The translations under genes and the position numbers were made by a program. A stretch of 64,000 bases of DNA from Octopus bimaculoides (taxonomy: Eukaryota), in assembly GCF_001194135.2 (NCBI RefSeq), contig NC_068991.1:17238444-17302443 (forward strand), read 5' to 3'. The number at the start of each line of letters is the position of its first letter. The first letter of the stretch is position 1. The notes beneath the pieces are model-generated. The model did no database searches. It worked only from the letters and a program-made list of their open reading frames with translations, and was not told the DNA's origin. Positions 52,170 to 63,509 of this stretch are shown one piece after another.

Positions 52170-53829
52170 GGTAGTAAAAGAAGTGGGAGGAAATGTCCTA
52201 ATTTATCTTGAAAATACCAATCCCTATTAATAAGCACTTGAGTCGTGACCAAACAATAGTGTATTGTTCTCTTAAGAGCATTTAGTCCTATTTTTCATGT
52301 GATGTCATCGTAGACAATCCTAATACTATTTGATGAATGAAATTGGATGTGATGTTCATATATGGTGGTCTAGTGGCAAGAAATGATTAAAGCACTGATA
52401 TGTTTTGCTTTTTCCACATTTCTATTGATACAACTCTTACAGGATATTCTTGTTGAATATCCTTCTCTCATCCGTTTCCTCTTTAACACAATACAATACA
52501 AACCCCCCCCCCCACTTATTTTCCACATTCTTAGCTCAATATCTTTCCTGTAGTGTTGTATCTTTCTCTCAAGGGTTGAGGAGATGACAAGGGCCCAAGA
52601 CACCTGGTCATTTGCTGTGTTTGGGAAGACACAGCAAGCTAAGTAGAATCAAACACCCCATGTTGTCCATGTAAGAAGGAACCGATCCTGATGCCACATA
52701 TACAGCACCCATGCCAATGCCTTGTAAATAGTACCTGTGTCAGTGCCATGTAAAGAGGCACCCTTGCCGGTGCCACACAAAAAGGCACCTGTGCTGGTGT
52801 CACATACAAGAGCATCTGTGCTGGTGTCGCATACAAAAACACCCATACCGACATCACATAAAGAAGTACCTGTGCTTGTGTGTCAAGTAAAAATCACCCA
52901 GTGCACTCTGTAGAGTGGTTGGTGATATGAAGGGCATCCAGCCATAGAAACAATGCCAAACAGACAACTTGTGGTCTACTGCAGCCCTCTAGCTTACCAG
53001 CTCTTGTCAAACCATCCAGCCCATGACAGCATGGAAAACAGACATTAAAAGATGATGATTGATTGATTGATTGAGTGATGATGTTGATTGTTGTTGATTC
53101 AAGAGTCTCATCTACTGCTCTAGCTTTTGAACCAATTGGTGTCAGAAACCAGTAATAGCATTTGGCATAAAGTTTTTTCTTTTTTCTGTTTTTCCCTTTT
53201 ATTTTATAATCTTTATGTTGCATTTGTTCAACACTATATAACAACCAGTATTGGTTTGTTTACATCTCTGTAACTTAGTGGGCTTGGCAAAAGAGACATA
53301 TTGAACAAGCACAAGACTTACAAAAAGGGAAAAAATAAGTACTGGGGTTGATTTGTTCAACTAAACCCTTCAAGGTGTTGCCCTAGCATGGCTGAAGTCC
53401 AATGACTGAAACCAGCAAAAGGTATAAGATATATCAAGAACAAGACATTTTATTTCACTTATTTAAAAATAAGTTCAAAGTCCATAACAACCTATTTTTT
53501 CTTTTTCCTTTTTCTTTTTTTCTCTTTGTTAAAAAAAGGAAGAAAGAAACTGGTTTATGTCTTTACAAAATACTAACAGTGTTACAGTAATTGGTACTTG
53601 AGCCAGTAATTTTCTTGATGGTTAAAAGAAAATATGAGGTTGGTACTGGTGCACACCTTTTCATTAAAAACATGAAGTGGGGCAGTGGGCCTTCATTTAA
53701 GAAAGTAGCACAGTTCACTTGAGTTGCTTTACGTCTTTGTCTTTTCTTCTACTTCTGTTTGAAGATAGCTTTAAGCTATTGAAATGCAAATAGGCTTGTC
53801 AATTATATATATATATATATATATATATA

Positions 53830-54360
53830 TCATTATCATCGTTTAACGCCCGCTTGCCATGCTAGCATGGGTTGGATGATTTGACTGAAGACTGGCAGAC
53901 CAGATGGCTGCATCAGGCTCCAATCTAATCTGGCAGTTTCTACAGCTGGATGCCTTTCCTAATGCCAACCACTCCGAGAGTGTAGTGGGTGCTTTTACGT
54001 GCCACCGGCACGTGGGCCAGTCAGGCGGTACTGGCAACAACCACGTTCAAGTGGTGTTTTTTACGTGCCACCTGGACAGGAGCCAGTCCAGCGGCACTGA
54101 CAACGATCCCGCTCGAATGTTTTTTTTCACGTTCCACAAGTGCCAGTAAGGCGACGCTGGTAACGAACACGTTCGAATGGTGATCTTTACGTGCCACCAG
54201 CACAGAAGCCAGTCAGCTGCTCTGGCAGCGATCACACTCAGATGGTGCTCTTAGTGCTTCACTGGCATAGGTGCCAGTCATCGAATTTGCGAATTTGATT
54301 TGATTTCACTTGCCTCAACAGGTCTTCCCAAGCAGAGTTTAGTGTCCAATGAAGGAAAGG
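53830..54360 (-). mobile_element. RTE-LINE 3' UTR with VNTR and (GAT)n tail
   Basis: Same tail block and gtgccacc...ggcactggcaacga repeat units. Confidence 0.8.
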
Positions 54361-54384
54361 CAGAAATGTCTAGTTTCAAATTGA

Positions 54385-54800
54385 TTGGGTGTTGAGACCT
54401 CAAACGTGTTGTACAATACTTCCGTAGGGATTTCATTTCACGTTACAGTTTTTTCTGTGAATCCTTTCTTAAGCTGGTTAATGTCTTTTGTATTCACCAT
54501 TTTTTTCCTTTTACCTGGAATATCATTCTTCCAATTTGTTTAATTATTACACCATCCTCCCAGCTTTCTTTACCCTTTCTATAGGTTTTAAAAAAAGCTT
54601 TGTCACTTAACTTGAAGTATTTTTGTTGTTCGCCTTTTTTTATTTTCACTTGGTATCATCTTATCAAAAACAGATCTGACCTTTCTAGCAAACATCAATT
54701 GTGAAGGTGACATTCCCGACGGTGTATTCGGATTAGGTGTTACTCGGTACACTCTTAGAATTTGTTGGAGTGCAAAATCGCCCATCACTTCATTGTTCAT
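54385..54800 (-). mobile_element. Ty3/gypsy LTR-retrotransposon integrase C-terminal fragment
   Basis: ALQQILRVYRVTPNPNTPSGMSPSQLMFARKVRSVFDKMIP matches the post-core YRxTP...SPxELMF integrase pattern; stops and frameshifts downstream. Confidence 0.8.
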
Positions 54801-56149
54801 GATGTTAAAACTAAATCTGCCTTCTTTCTTAACTTTGGCTTGTTCTAAACCTCTAACTTGCCACTAACTAGTAACTGCAGTTATGCAATCCTTGAAACAT
54901 GCTACACAAAATAAAACAATTATCAACTCTTGCTATTCCTATAACAGAAATACTAAAATTTCCATCTTCATGCACTCGTGACTATATTTCTGAAAACAAT
55001 AATCAGCTAAACTAAATGTTAACCCATATCTCTATCATACAAGCAATGTTGTTTCAAGTCTTCCATGGAAAACATATCTCGCCATGTGAAATATTACCTT
55101 GAGTCTCATATCCTAGACTAGACTAAAGAGTCCTGTCTTTATTTATATATGCCTTTCAGATGAGTGGAGGCAGTTCTTCTAATTTTTAAAGTGTCTCCCA
55201 GGTTGGTTAAATTGATGTCATTCATGTTTAGTGTGAACATGTGTAGGGAAGTGAGTTTCAAGGGAGTAAAGTTTTAGGGTGAAAGGAGCAAAGAAAGTGT
55301 CTGGTGTGAGATCTGAGAGTTGAGACCACTATAGAGGGAGTATTATAGATAAGTGTATGAGGTTAGCCTGCATGAAGAAGATATGCAACTACAAAAGAGT
55401 GGTAGGGAAAGCATCTTTGTGTGCTCAACGATTGAAATACGTGTGTGAACAAAAATTTGCCAAAGTCTGTCAAATGGCATTGTTTGGATATTTGTGTGTA
55501 ACAACAGCAATATCCTAGCCTGGGCTTTTGAAGAGGCTAAAGTGTTTCCTGGTTTGAAAATTAGTTTCTGAAATAGTTATGCATTTCCATAAAAGGGTTT
55601 GCTGATTAAGATATCCTGCAATTTAAAACTTTGTATGACATATGACTATGTATGTGTGAAATGACCATATCAATGTATACTATCATCATCATTATTTCTA
55701 ATGTCAGTTTTTTTTTTCCATATTTGCACAAGTTGGATAAGTCCATCATATCTCCCCACTTGCTGCAGGACTTTGTTGTATCTTTTCATGAGCTTCAACT
55801 TCTTGAGATCAGCCTTTTATTACCTTTTCCTCCTTTATATCTTCTTCACTATTTCTCATTCACAAATTCCTTCCACTTGGTTCTCTTGGCACTTTAGTCA
55901 AACTGTTCTCTATACGCATTACATCTCACTAGATATGACAATCTGAATATTAAAGGGTTAAAGATGGTAGTATGATTCAAAAGGAGATTTGGCTGCTATT
56001 TTTGGTAGGTTCAGCAACCACATTGAGTTTTGATATCCACATATTAAAACAATTGTTCCAACACAGAAAAAAAAAGTTTCAAATGTGGGGAAAAATGGTT
56101 GTAAAGCAGTAAAAAAAAAAATGTTTATTTATATTTTTATTTATTCCAG

Positions 56150-56347
56150 ATTGGTCGCTCAGGGGAGAGCCCTATCGACTTCATTGTCATGGATACGGTT
56201 CCTGCGAACCAAAGACGTTACAATGGGGAGGTAACTCAAAGTACTATATCGCGATTTGCATGTCGGATCTTAGTGGAAAGAAACCCGCCGTACACTTCCA
56301 GAATATTTGCTGCCGGTTTCGATGGTGCACGCAACATATTCCTAGGG
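56150..56347 (+). CDS. peli: Pellino exon D (198 nt; IGRSGESPIDFIVMDTV...QSTISRFACRILVERNPPYTSRIFAAGFDGARNIFLG), FHA core
   Basis: Acceptor ttattccAG, donor GGG|GTCAGT; contains the FHA phospho-Thr-binding GR and SRF motifs; 66 codons, phase 0/0. Confidence 0.98.
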
Positions 56348-56463
56348 GTCAGTATGAAAGCAACTTTTGTCATTAAAAATTACATACTTAAAGGAAATTT
56401 GGTTGCAAATAGAAGTAGTATGAGTTTTATTATATGCACCTAATATAAATATGTATATATATA

Positions 56464-56514
<51 letters not shown>

Positions 56515-56516
<2 letters not shown>

Positions 56517-56711
56517 GAGAATATACAAATAATAACAACAGACGAGGACAGGCGGTGTAAATAACAAAAGTATATATTAGTATGACGCTCGGGAATACGG
56601 AAAGTCTTTGACGTTTCGAGCTACGCTCTTCAACAGAAAGAATATGGAGACAAGGAGAAAAACACGGAGAAAAAAAATTGAATAGTGTTCAGTCAACGGT
56701 CAATCATAATA
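56515..56711 (-). mobile_element. Repeat inserted in (TA)n, probable Penelope-like pseudo-LTR fragment, cut by an assembly gap
   Basis: CpG-retaining segment between a (TA)n tract and an N-gap that contains the minimal hammerhead motif. Confidence 0.4.
56605..56641 (-). ncRNA. Minimal hammerhead-like motif with A6U core variant
   Basis: Minus strand reads tcttt-CTGTTGA-a-gagc-gta-gctc-GAAA-C-GTC-aaaga: 5-bp stem I, 4-bp stem II, palindromic ACGT stem III, GUC site. Confidence 0.5.
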
Positions 56712-56793
56712 NNNNNNNNNNNNNNNNNNNNNNNNNNNNNNNNNNNNNNNNNNNNNNNNNNNNNNNNNNNNNATATATATATATATATATACC

Positions 56794-56918
56794 GTTCAAA
56801 TGGCACAAGTTACGATTATAAAGGCATTTCTGGGGAAATTTTCGACAGTCCTCTCCCCACACCCTCGGAAAAATTTCTCCAGAAATGTTTTTATAATCGT
56901 AATTTGTACCATTTGAAC
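56794..56918. repeat. 49-bp inverted repeat with 27-nt loop (MITE-like hairpin)
   Basis: 56794-56842 versus the reverse complement of 56870-56918: 44/49 identical. Confidence 0.85.
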
Positions 56919-57781
56919 TGTTTTTCTATAAAATTTCATCAATATATATCCATTTTCCTGAAAGTTATGTAGGAAAAACCAGATCTCGTGAATTTTCCGA
57001 AAGTCCTCCCCCCTCCACGTTCATTTAGGCAATTTTTTTTTTTTCCATATTCGTTTTCTACACAGTTTTTAACACCTAGCAGGCTGGGGGTTTTTTTTCC
57101 GTTAACGGGTCTCAAACTTTAGTTTGACCGAATCGATAGCACTCTAAGCAAGATGCTTGGCGGCATTTTGTCCGTCTGTATGTCCTTTGTTCAAATGCCG
57201 CCAGGGTCGACTTTACCTTTCATCGTTTCGATGATAAAATAAGTACTAGTTGAGCATTGTGGGTTGATATAATCGACTTAACCATTCCCGGAATTCGCCC
57301 TGCCTTGTACCAAAATTCAAAACCAATATTCTGCTGAACTGGTAAGTTGTTGGGCATCACAAAGTCTGTATCATTTAGTTACATTTCTTTAAAATTCCTT
57401 CAAGGTCAGCTTTGCTTTCATCCTTTTGAGGTAACAGAGTATTGAGTGTTACCGTATTACAAATTAGGTCTTGTGACTATGCAAGATGTTATATTCGGGC
57501 AGTGAATGGCATAATTAGGTCTCGCACAGAATGTTGTTATACTTGGTTATGCCCCTTTATGTTCAGTATGCCTCTTGACTAGTTTAACTTTGCTGGCTTC
57601 ATTGAAGTGTTTTAAATATTGGGAAAAGCGCAAAAAGTTATTTTATATGCTTAGGTGTATAATTGAAGTTATGTCCCTTGAATAATTTATATAATTTATA
57701 GCGAATAATAACAAAACAAAAAAGAAACGCTAGTATGGTTTTTAATCTTTACTTGAAACCAATTTTTTTACTTTTTTTCAG

Positions 57782-57967
57782 GAGAAGGCAGTTAAATGGC
57801 ACTCAGGCGAAGAGATTGACGGGCTAACGACAAATGGTGTTTTTATTATGAGCCCAACGGAAGGGTTCACACCTGCTTCCAAGCCTGGCACATGGTATGA
57901 AGTGTCAGTTGGTGGAGGTATTTACAGTGCTAGGAACTCAAGAGCAGACCCATTGAAAAGTCATCAG
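57782..57967 (+). CDS. peli: Pellino exon E (186 nt; EKAVKWHSGEEIDGLTTNGVFIMSPTEGF...GTWYEVSVGGGIYSARNSRADPLKSHQ)
   Basis: Acceptor ctttttttcAG, donor CAG|GTATAT; EKA-KW and DGLTTNGV motifs of Pellino. Confidence 0.97.
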
Positions 57968-59769
57968 GTATATATATATTTGTATATGTGTGTGTGCGCA
58001 CAGACATGGCTGTGTGGTTAAGAAGTTTGTTGTGTTGGGTTCAGTTCCACTGCACAGTACCCTGGGCAAGTGTCTTTTTGTGTATCACCATGTCAATCAA
58101 AGCCTCATGAATGGATGGCAGGTAGACAAAAGAAGCCCATCATACGTGTGTGAGTGTATATGTACCCAAATCCTGTCTTGATATCATGTGCTAATTGTAA
58201 CCAAATATCACAAAAGTGCTGTTGTTCATTTGCAAATCTTTGGGTAAACATTCCTGGTCGTTGTGTGGTTTGTGTTTGGCGAACTGGGGAAAATATTACC
58301 TTGCTTGGAAACATGATGGTTAGTTATAGAAAATGCATCCAGCCATAGAAAAGCTGCCCCAACAATTTTCATCTAATTCCTGCTAGCATGTAAAAGTGGA
58401 TGTTAAAATGATGATGGTACATGCTAATCAAGCAGGCATTTGATGAAACACTATTTAGCTGAATATCTCAGCTATATTTTATGATAGTAACTTAAGATGC
58501 ATACCTTAGTGGTTAGGGTGTTGGACTCATGATCGTAAGACTGTAATTTTGATTCCTGGACCAGGTGATGTGTTGTGTTCTTGAGCAAAACACTTCACTT
58601 CATGTTGCTCCAGTCCACTAGTGGAGGCATGTCGGTTAGGGTGTTGAATTCACAACTGTAAAATTGTGGTTTCAATCCCTGGACTGGGCAATCCATTGTG
58701 TACTTGAGCAAAACACTTCATTTCATGTTGCTCCAGTCCACTCAGTTGTATAAACGAGTTTAGCCTGAAGAGAGATGGGCTCTGCCAGGCCTTCTTTCCC
58801 TAGATACGCTGCATGGCTGCAGTGCCCCAACAACCCCCAAGAGGTTGAGGGACTTGTCAATTGTCAACTTAAGGAAGATTTGCCTCATAATTATTGTATG
58901 GCAAGTGATTTTTTGAGTTTTGGAGATAAGTACAGAGAAAATGGAGAGCCATCTTGGTTGAAGAGGAATTGGTGGGATGTTGTTTGAAACTCTCATGACA
59001 AGAAGGCAGAAGACATGGCTTTCTTGCAATCTGGGAGGCAGGAGAGAATAACAGCATTATATAAATGCTGTTTTGCAAAAGCAGGAGAGAAAGCTGACGA
59101 TGGTTTGTCACTTATACAAATGGTGTTATAGAAGAGCAGGAGAATATGCCAGCAGTTACGTGTCACTTATACAAATGTTCTTGTGGGAGATTAAGCTGCT
59201 ACATTAACCTTTTCATTACCCTTTTTTCTATTGGAATACACTACTTTTGTTTCAATTAATTCTGAAAATAATGAAGAATTTAATAAATTATTAAGCTGGT
59301 ATTTTGAACAGAATTAGCATGAAATTTTGATGCAATGTATTTAGATTGCTTCTAAGCAGGAAGTTTGTATTGTAGATCAGGGGTAGGTTTGTATCCAAAG
59401 GGTTCAGCAAGGTTGAACTGCTACGTATGTTATCTTATGGTTCTAATTTTCCAAACAATAAGATTGTTACTCAATATAGCAACCAGATATATTGTCCTCA
59501 ACAATCAATATAGAAGCTTCCTCGCTAGTTTGTTGAAAGTGTTTTATTTACTGCATTGAGCAGAGCAAACTATTTTACTGGTCTTTCATTTTTTACTTTT
59601 TTTTAATATTTTTATGTTCCAATGATAATATTGTCATTTCATATGGTTGTATTGCAGAGTTAACAGTTCTCATGCCATCTCCTCACCATTATTTTTTTTA
59701 TGCCTTTTATATTATAATTTTCATAGTTTTTAAAAAGTTTTTTTTGTTTGCTTTTTTCTCCTTTACCAG

Positions 59770-59868
59770 ATGCTAAATGCCGACAATGTCCTACACGATG
59801 GCACACTGATTGATTTGTGTGGGGTGACACTATTGTGGCGCTCCGCTTCAGGCTTGCATGCGTCACCA
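59770..59868 (+). CDS. peli: Pellino exon F (99 nt; MLNADNVLHDGTLIDLCGVTLLWRSASGLHASP)
   Basis: Acceptor ctttaccAG, donor CCA|GTAAGT; matches Pellino LQDGSLIDLCGATLLWR. Confidence 0.97.
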
Positions 59869-61113
59869 GTAAGTTTTATTGAGATTGTTTTTTTTTAAGT
59901 CTCTACTTATCTATCCCTTTGTCTTTTCTTTTTATTTCCTTTGTGACATTATGGGACCAGACTATTGGCCTCCAACCTCATAATTATGACTTCAAGCTTT
60001 ACTACTGTCGTTTTGCCTAGAAACCTCACATGAACCTGTTTACGGCAGTATGCCTGGCTGATAGCAGGTTCCACTTGAGAGTTCATTGACTCTTAACACT
60101 GAAAATTGTGTATTCTGTATTTTATCATGCTTACATGAAGAAAGAAAAATGTGTGTATGTGGGTCTTTTATACCATGGAGCTGAACTACAGTTAAAAAAA
60201 AGAATTAACCTTTTAATTGCATAATTTAATTTCGTAGCTATTCCCATAATTATGTTAATTACCCACCAAAAAATGTTATTTTCTGAAAGTCATAATGCCT
60301 CATAATAAACCTAACATACTTCGACAAAAGATATTTTCAAAAGATTTTCCTCCACAAAAAAAACAGGTTGGTATATAAAACAGCTTTCCACTGTTATGGG
60401 AATGAAATTTTGAGTGGATATATGTGGTTAAGAGATATTATAGCCAGGAATATGGTACCAGTGAATCTAAATACCTATTTTTGGCATGGCAACAGTGCTA
60501 ACAATAATGATTTCTCTAAAAGAAATTTTTAAAAAAAAGTAATCACATAGTTTACCAAACTGGCATGAGTCAAGTGAAATATTGAGGTAGTTATCTACAT
60601 TTAGATGCCCCTCCTGTTGCCAGCCAATACCTGTTTTACATGTTAAACTTTTTTTTTTTAATATTCCACTGATCTTCATATGTCAGAATTATTGAGCCAT
60701 GGGGTATATTGTATACAGTAAATGTAAACACATCATAGTTGCTCAACCTGTGCTTTACAAATACAAATAGAAAATAAACATACACACACACACACACAAT
60801 TATGATGCTATGTCTGCACTCAATTGTGTCTCTATCTTTCTCTCCCTCACTTTCCTTTCTCATTCTCTTATATTTTCTCTCTTTCCTTCTCTTGCTTTCT
60901 CTTACTTTCCCTCCCTTTTGCTCTTCTTCCTTTTCTCCTCTTTCCTTTCTCACTATCCTCTGTCTCCCCCCTTTCTTGTCTTTTCTCTCTCGCTCACATT
61001 TCTTCACTCTTTTGCTTTCTCTCTCTCTCTTGCTTTCTCTCTTTCTCCCACTCACCCTCTTCAATGATTTATCTCTAATTTTCTCATTTTCTTTCCCCCG
61101 CCTTTTTCATCAG

Positions 61114-61332
61114 AACGAACAGGAATTTAATAAATTGGTGGAAGAAATCAATGCTTGCCGTCCACAGTGTCCAGTTGGTCTAACCACATTGGTGCTGCCT
61201 AGCAAGTCTCATGCTACACCTGGACTTGATAAGCAACCATTTGTATACATTAAATGTGGACACGTGCATGGAAGACACACGTGGGGACAGAAAGATGATG
61301 ACGACAAAAGGACATGTCCACTTTGTTTAAAA
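61114..61332 (+). CDS. peli: Pellino exon G (219 nt; NEQEFNKLVEEINACRPQCPVGL...KCGHVHG...TCPLCLK), first half of RING-like domain
   Basis: Acceptor ttttcatcAG, donor AAA|GTAAGA; INA-RPQCPVG, CGHVHG and CPxC motifs. Confidence 0.98.
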
Positions 61333-61499
61333 GTAAGACTGGCCATTTTCATTTCTTTATTTTATTTCACTGATTTAAATTGAGCTGTTAGTGTTGTTTA
61401 GCCCTAAGTCAAGCCATCAACCATCAAACTTATGATCAAAAGCGTTCCATCCATGACTATACAGTCCTATTCTTTCCCCACCCCCCATGCAGTGTATAT

Positions 61500-62070
61500 C
61501 TTTGATCTTGTTTCGGTCATGCTGGAGCACCACCTTGAGGAATTTTAGTCGAACTAATCCACCCCCAAATACTAATTTTCTCTTTAAGCCTGGTATACTT
61601 ATTCTATTGGTCTCTTTTGATGAACCGCTAAGTTACAGGGATGTAAACAAACCACCACTGGTTGTCAAGCAGTGGTGGGGGACAAACACAGATACGTCAC
61701 ATACAAAATTATATATATATATATATATACTCTTTACTCTCTCTCTCTCTTTTACTTGTTTCAGTCATTTGACTGCGGCCATGCTGGAGCACTGCCTTTA
61801 GTCGAGCAAATCGAGCCCAGGACTTATTCTTTGTGAGCCTAGTACTTATTCTATTGGTCTCTTTTGCCGAACCGCTAAGTTATGGAGACGTAAACACACC
61901 AGCATCGGTTGTCAAGCAATGTTGTGGGGACAAACACAGACACACAAACACACATACATATATACGATGGGCTTCTTTCAGTTTACATCTACCAAATCCA
62001 CTCACAAGGCTTTGGTCAGCCTGTGGCTATAGTAGAAGACACTTGCCCAAGGTGCTATGCAGTAGGACCA
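61500..62070 (-). mobile_element. Two stacked SINE family 1 copies (61500-61720 partial, 61733-62070)
   Basis: Repeated gccatgctggagcac...gacaaacacaga blocks. Confidence 0.85.
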
Positions 62071-62530
62071 TGAATTTGTATCGATATATATATATTTGAC
62101 ATCTCTTTTACTTCTGTTTATTTCAATTTATTGGTCTTGAACAAAGACTATTCTTTCTGATAGATAATTCTTTTGATGTCACCAATGTCCACCATCTCTG
62201 TGATTTTGCCATGATATGCTATATACACAAATGTAGCTGTGTGGTTAAGAAATTTGCTTCCCAACCATATGGTTTTGGGTTCAGTCCCACTATGAAATAC
62301 CTTGGGCAAGTGTCTTATGTTAAACCCTCCGGCCAGTCAGAGTGTGTCTTCTACCACTGGATGCCCTTCCTAATACCAACCACTTTACAGCATGTACTGG
62401 GTGCTTTTTTTTTCATGCCACCAGCACCAGTGAGGTTGCCAAGTAACTTGCAAGACAGAAAAAGCAGAAAAGAGAGTTGCTCGATATACGTGTTGTAGCC
62501 TAACTATGAATCCTATGTTTTCTGTTTCAG

Positions 62531-62646
62531 GAAAGTCCTTTTATAAAGCTGGAGGTTGGATCTGAACTTAGTTTTTACGTTGATGCAGGATCTCCAACAT
62601 ACTGTTTCAGTCCATGTGGTCATATGGCATCAGAGAACACAGTCAA
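62531..62646 (+). CDS. peli: Pellino exon H (116 nt; ESPFIKLEVGSELSFYVDAGSPTYCFSPCGHMASENTV(K))
   Basis: Acceptor tgtttcAG, donor AA|GTAAGT, phase 2; FYVDAG and PCGH motifs. Confidence 0.97.
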
Positions 62647-62872
62647 GTAAGTCATCTATCTGCATCTCCCCACCACCACCACCACACACACACACACACA
62701 CACACTAGGTAATACATTATTGGGTGCATGGATGTGTGTGCAGGCAACATAACTCCTTAACAGCTGACATTCTAAACCCTGTAAAAGAACTTGGAAGTTT
62801 GGGCCTCTATCCAGGCCTTTCACGATAACCTTAAAGCCAGAAACTTTTCAGCACTCCCTTGAGTGTGTATGT

Positions 62873-62915
<43 letters not shown>

Positions 62916-63138
62916 NNNNNNNNNNNNNNNNNNNNNNNNNNNNNNNNNNNNNNNNNNNNNNNNNNNNNNNNNNNNNNNNNNNNNNNNNNNNNNNNNNNNN
63001 NNNNNNNNNNNNNNNNNNNNNNNNNNNNNNNNNNNNNNNNNNNNNNNNNNNNNNNNNNNNNNNNNNNNNNNNNNNNNNNNNNNNNNNNNNNNNNNNNNNN
63101 NNNNNNNNNNNNNNNNNNNNNNNNNNNNNNNNNNNNNN

Positions 63139-63188
<50 letters not shown>

Positions 63189-63396
63189 CTCTCTGTTTTA
63201 AAGTGATAGAAATTAAAACCTTTCCCAAAATTCTATGACAAAATTATTTTACTAAACTCTTTATTATTTTCTAATTTAGTTGAAAGAAAATCAGTGTATT
63301 TTAATAGCAAATGGACATTTTTGTTTTTTAATTTTATTCAGATTTTGAATTTATCTACTCTGGAATAATTTAGCCATGTACGATGACAGCCATGCT

Positions 63397-63472
63397 GTGT
63401 GTGTACCTTGTACGTGTGTGTACCTTGTACGTGTGTGTACCTTGTACGTGTGTGTACCTTGTACGTGTGTGT
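63397..63472. repeat. 17-bp tandem repeat, 4 copies
   Basis: gtgtgtaccttgtacgt; taccttgtac at 63404, 63421, 63438 and 63455. Confidence 0.95.
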
Positions 63473-63509
63473 TCAAATTATCTAATACATTCATTTATTC
63501 TGTTTTCAG

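Noticed and set aside
53990-54290. Repeat/spacer-like periodic arrays resembling CRISPR
   Set aside because: Eukaryotic context, degenerate unequal units, no cas genes; they are the LINE 3' UTR VNTR.
58760-59110. ORFs in a GC-balanced island after two SINE heads
   Set aside because: No recognisable motif or splice structure; probably a decayed repeat that I cannot assign.
60802-61113. Hydrophobic N-terminal part of the 193-aa ORF suggesting a membrane-anchored RING protein
   Set aside because: It is the intronic pyrimidine tract; Pellino homology starts exactly at the AG at 61112-13.
11208-62320. Apparent antisense bias of SINE family 1
   Set aside because: A rough count gives about 11 minus versus 9 plus copies, so there is no real bias.
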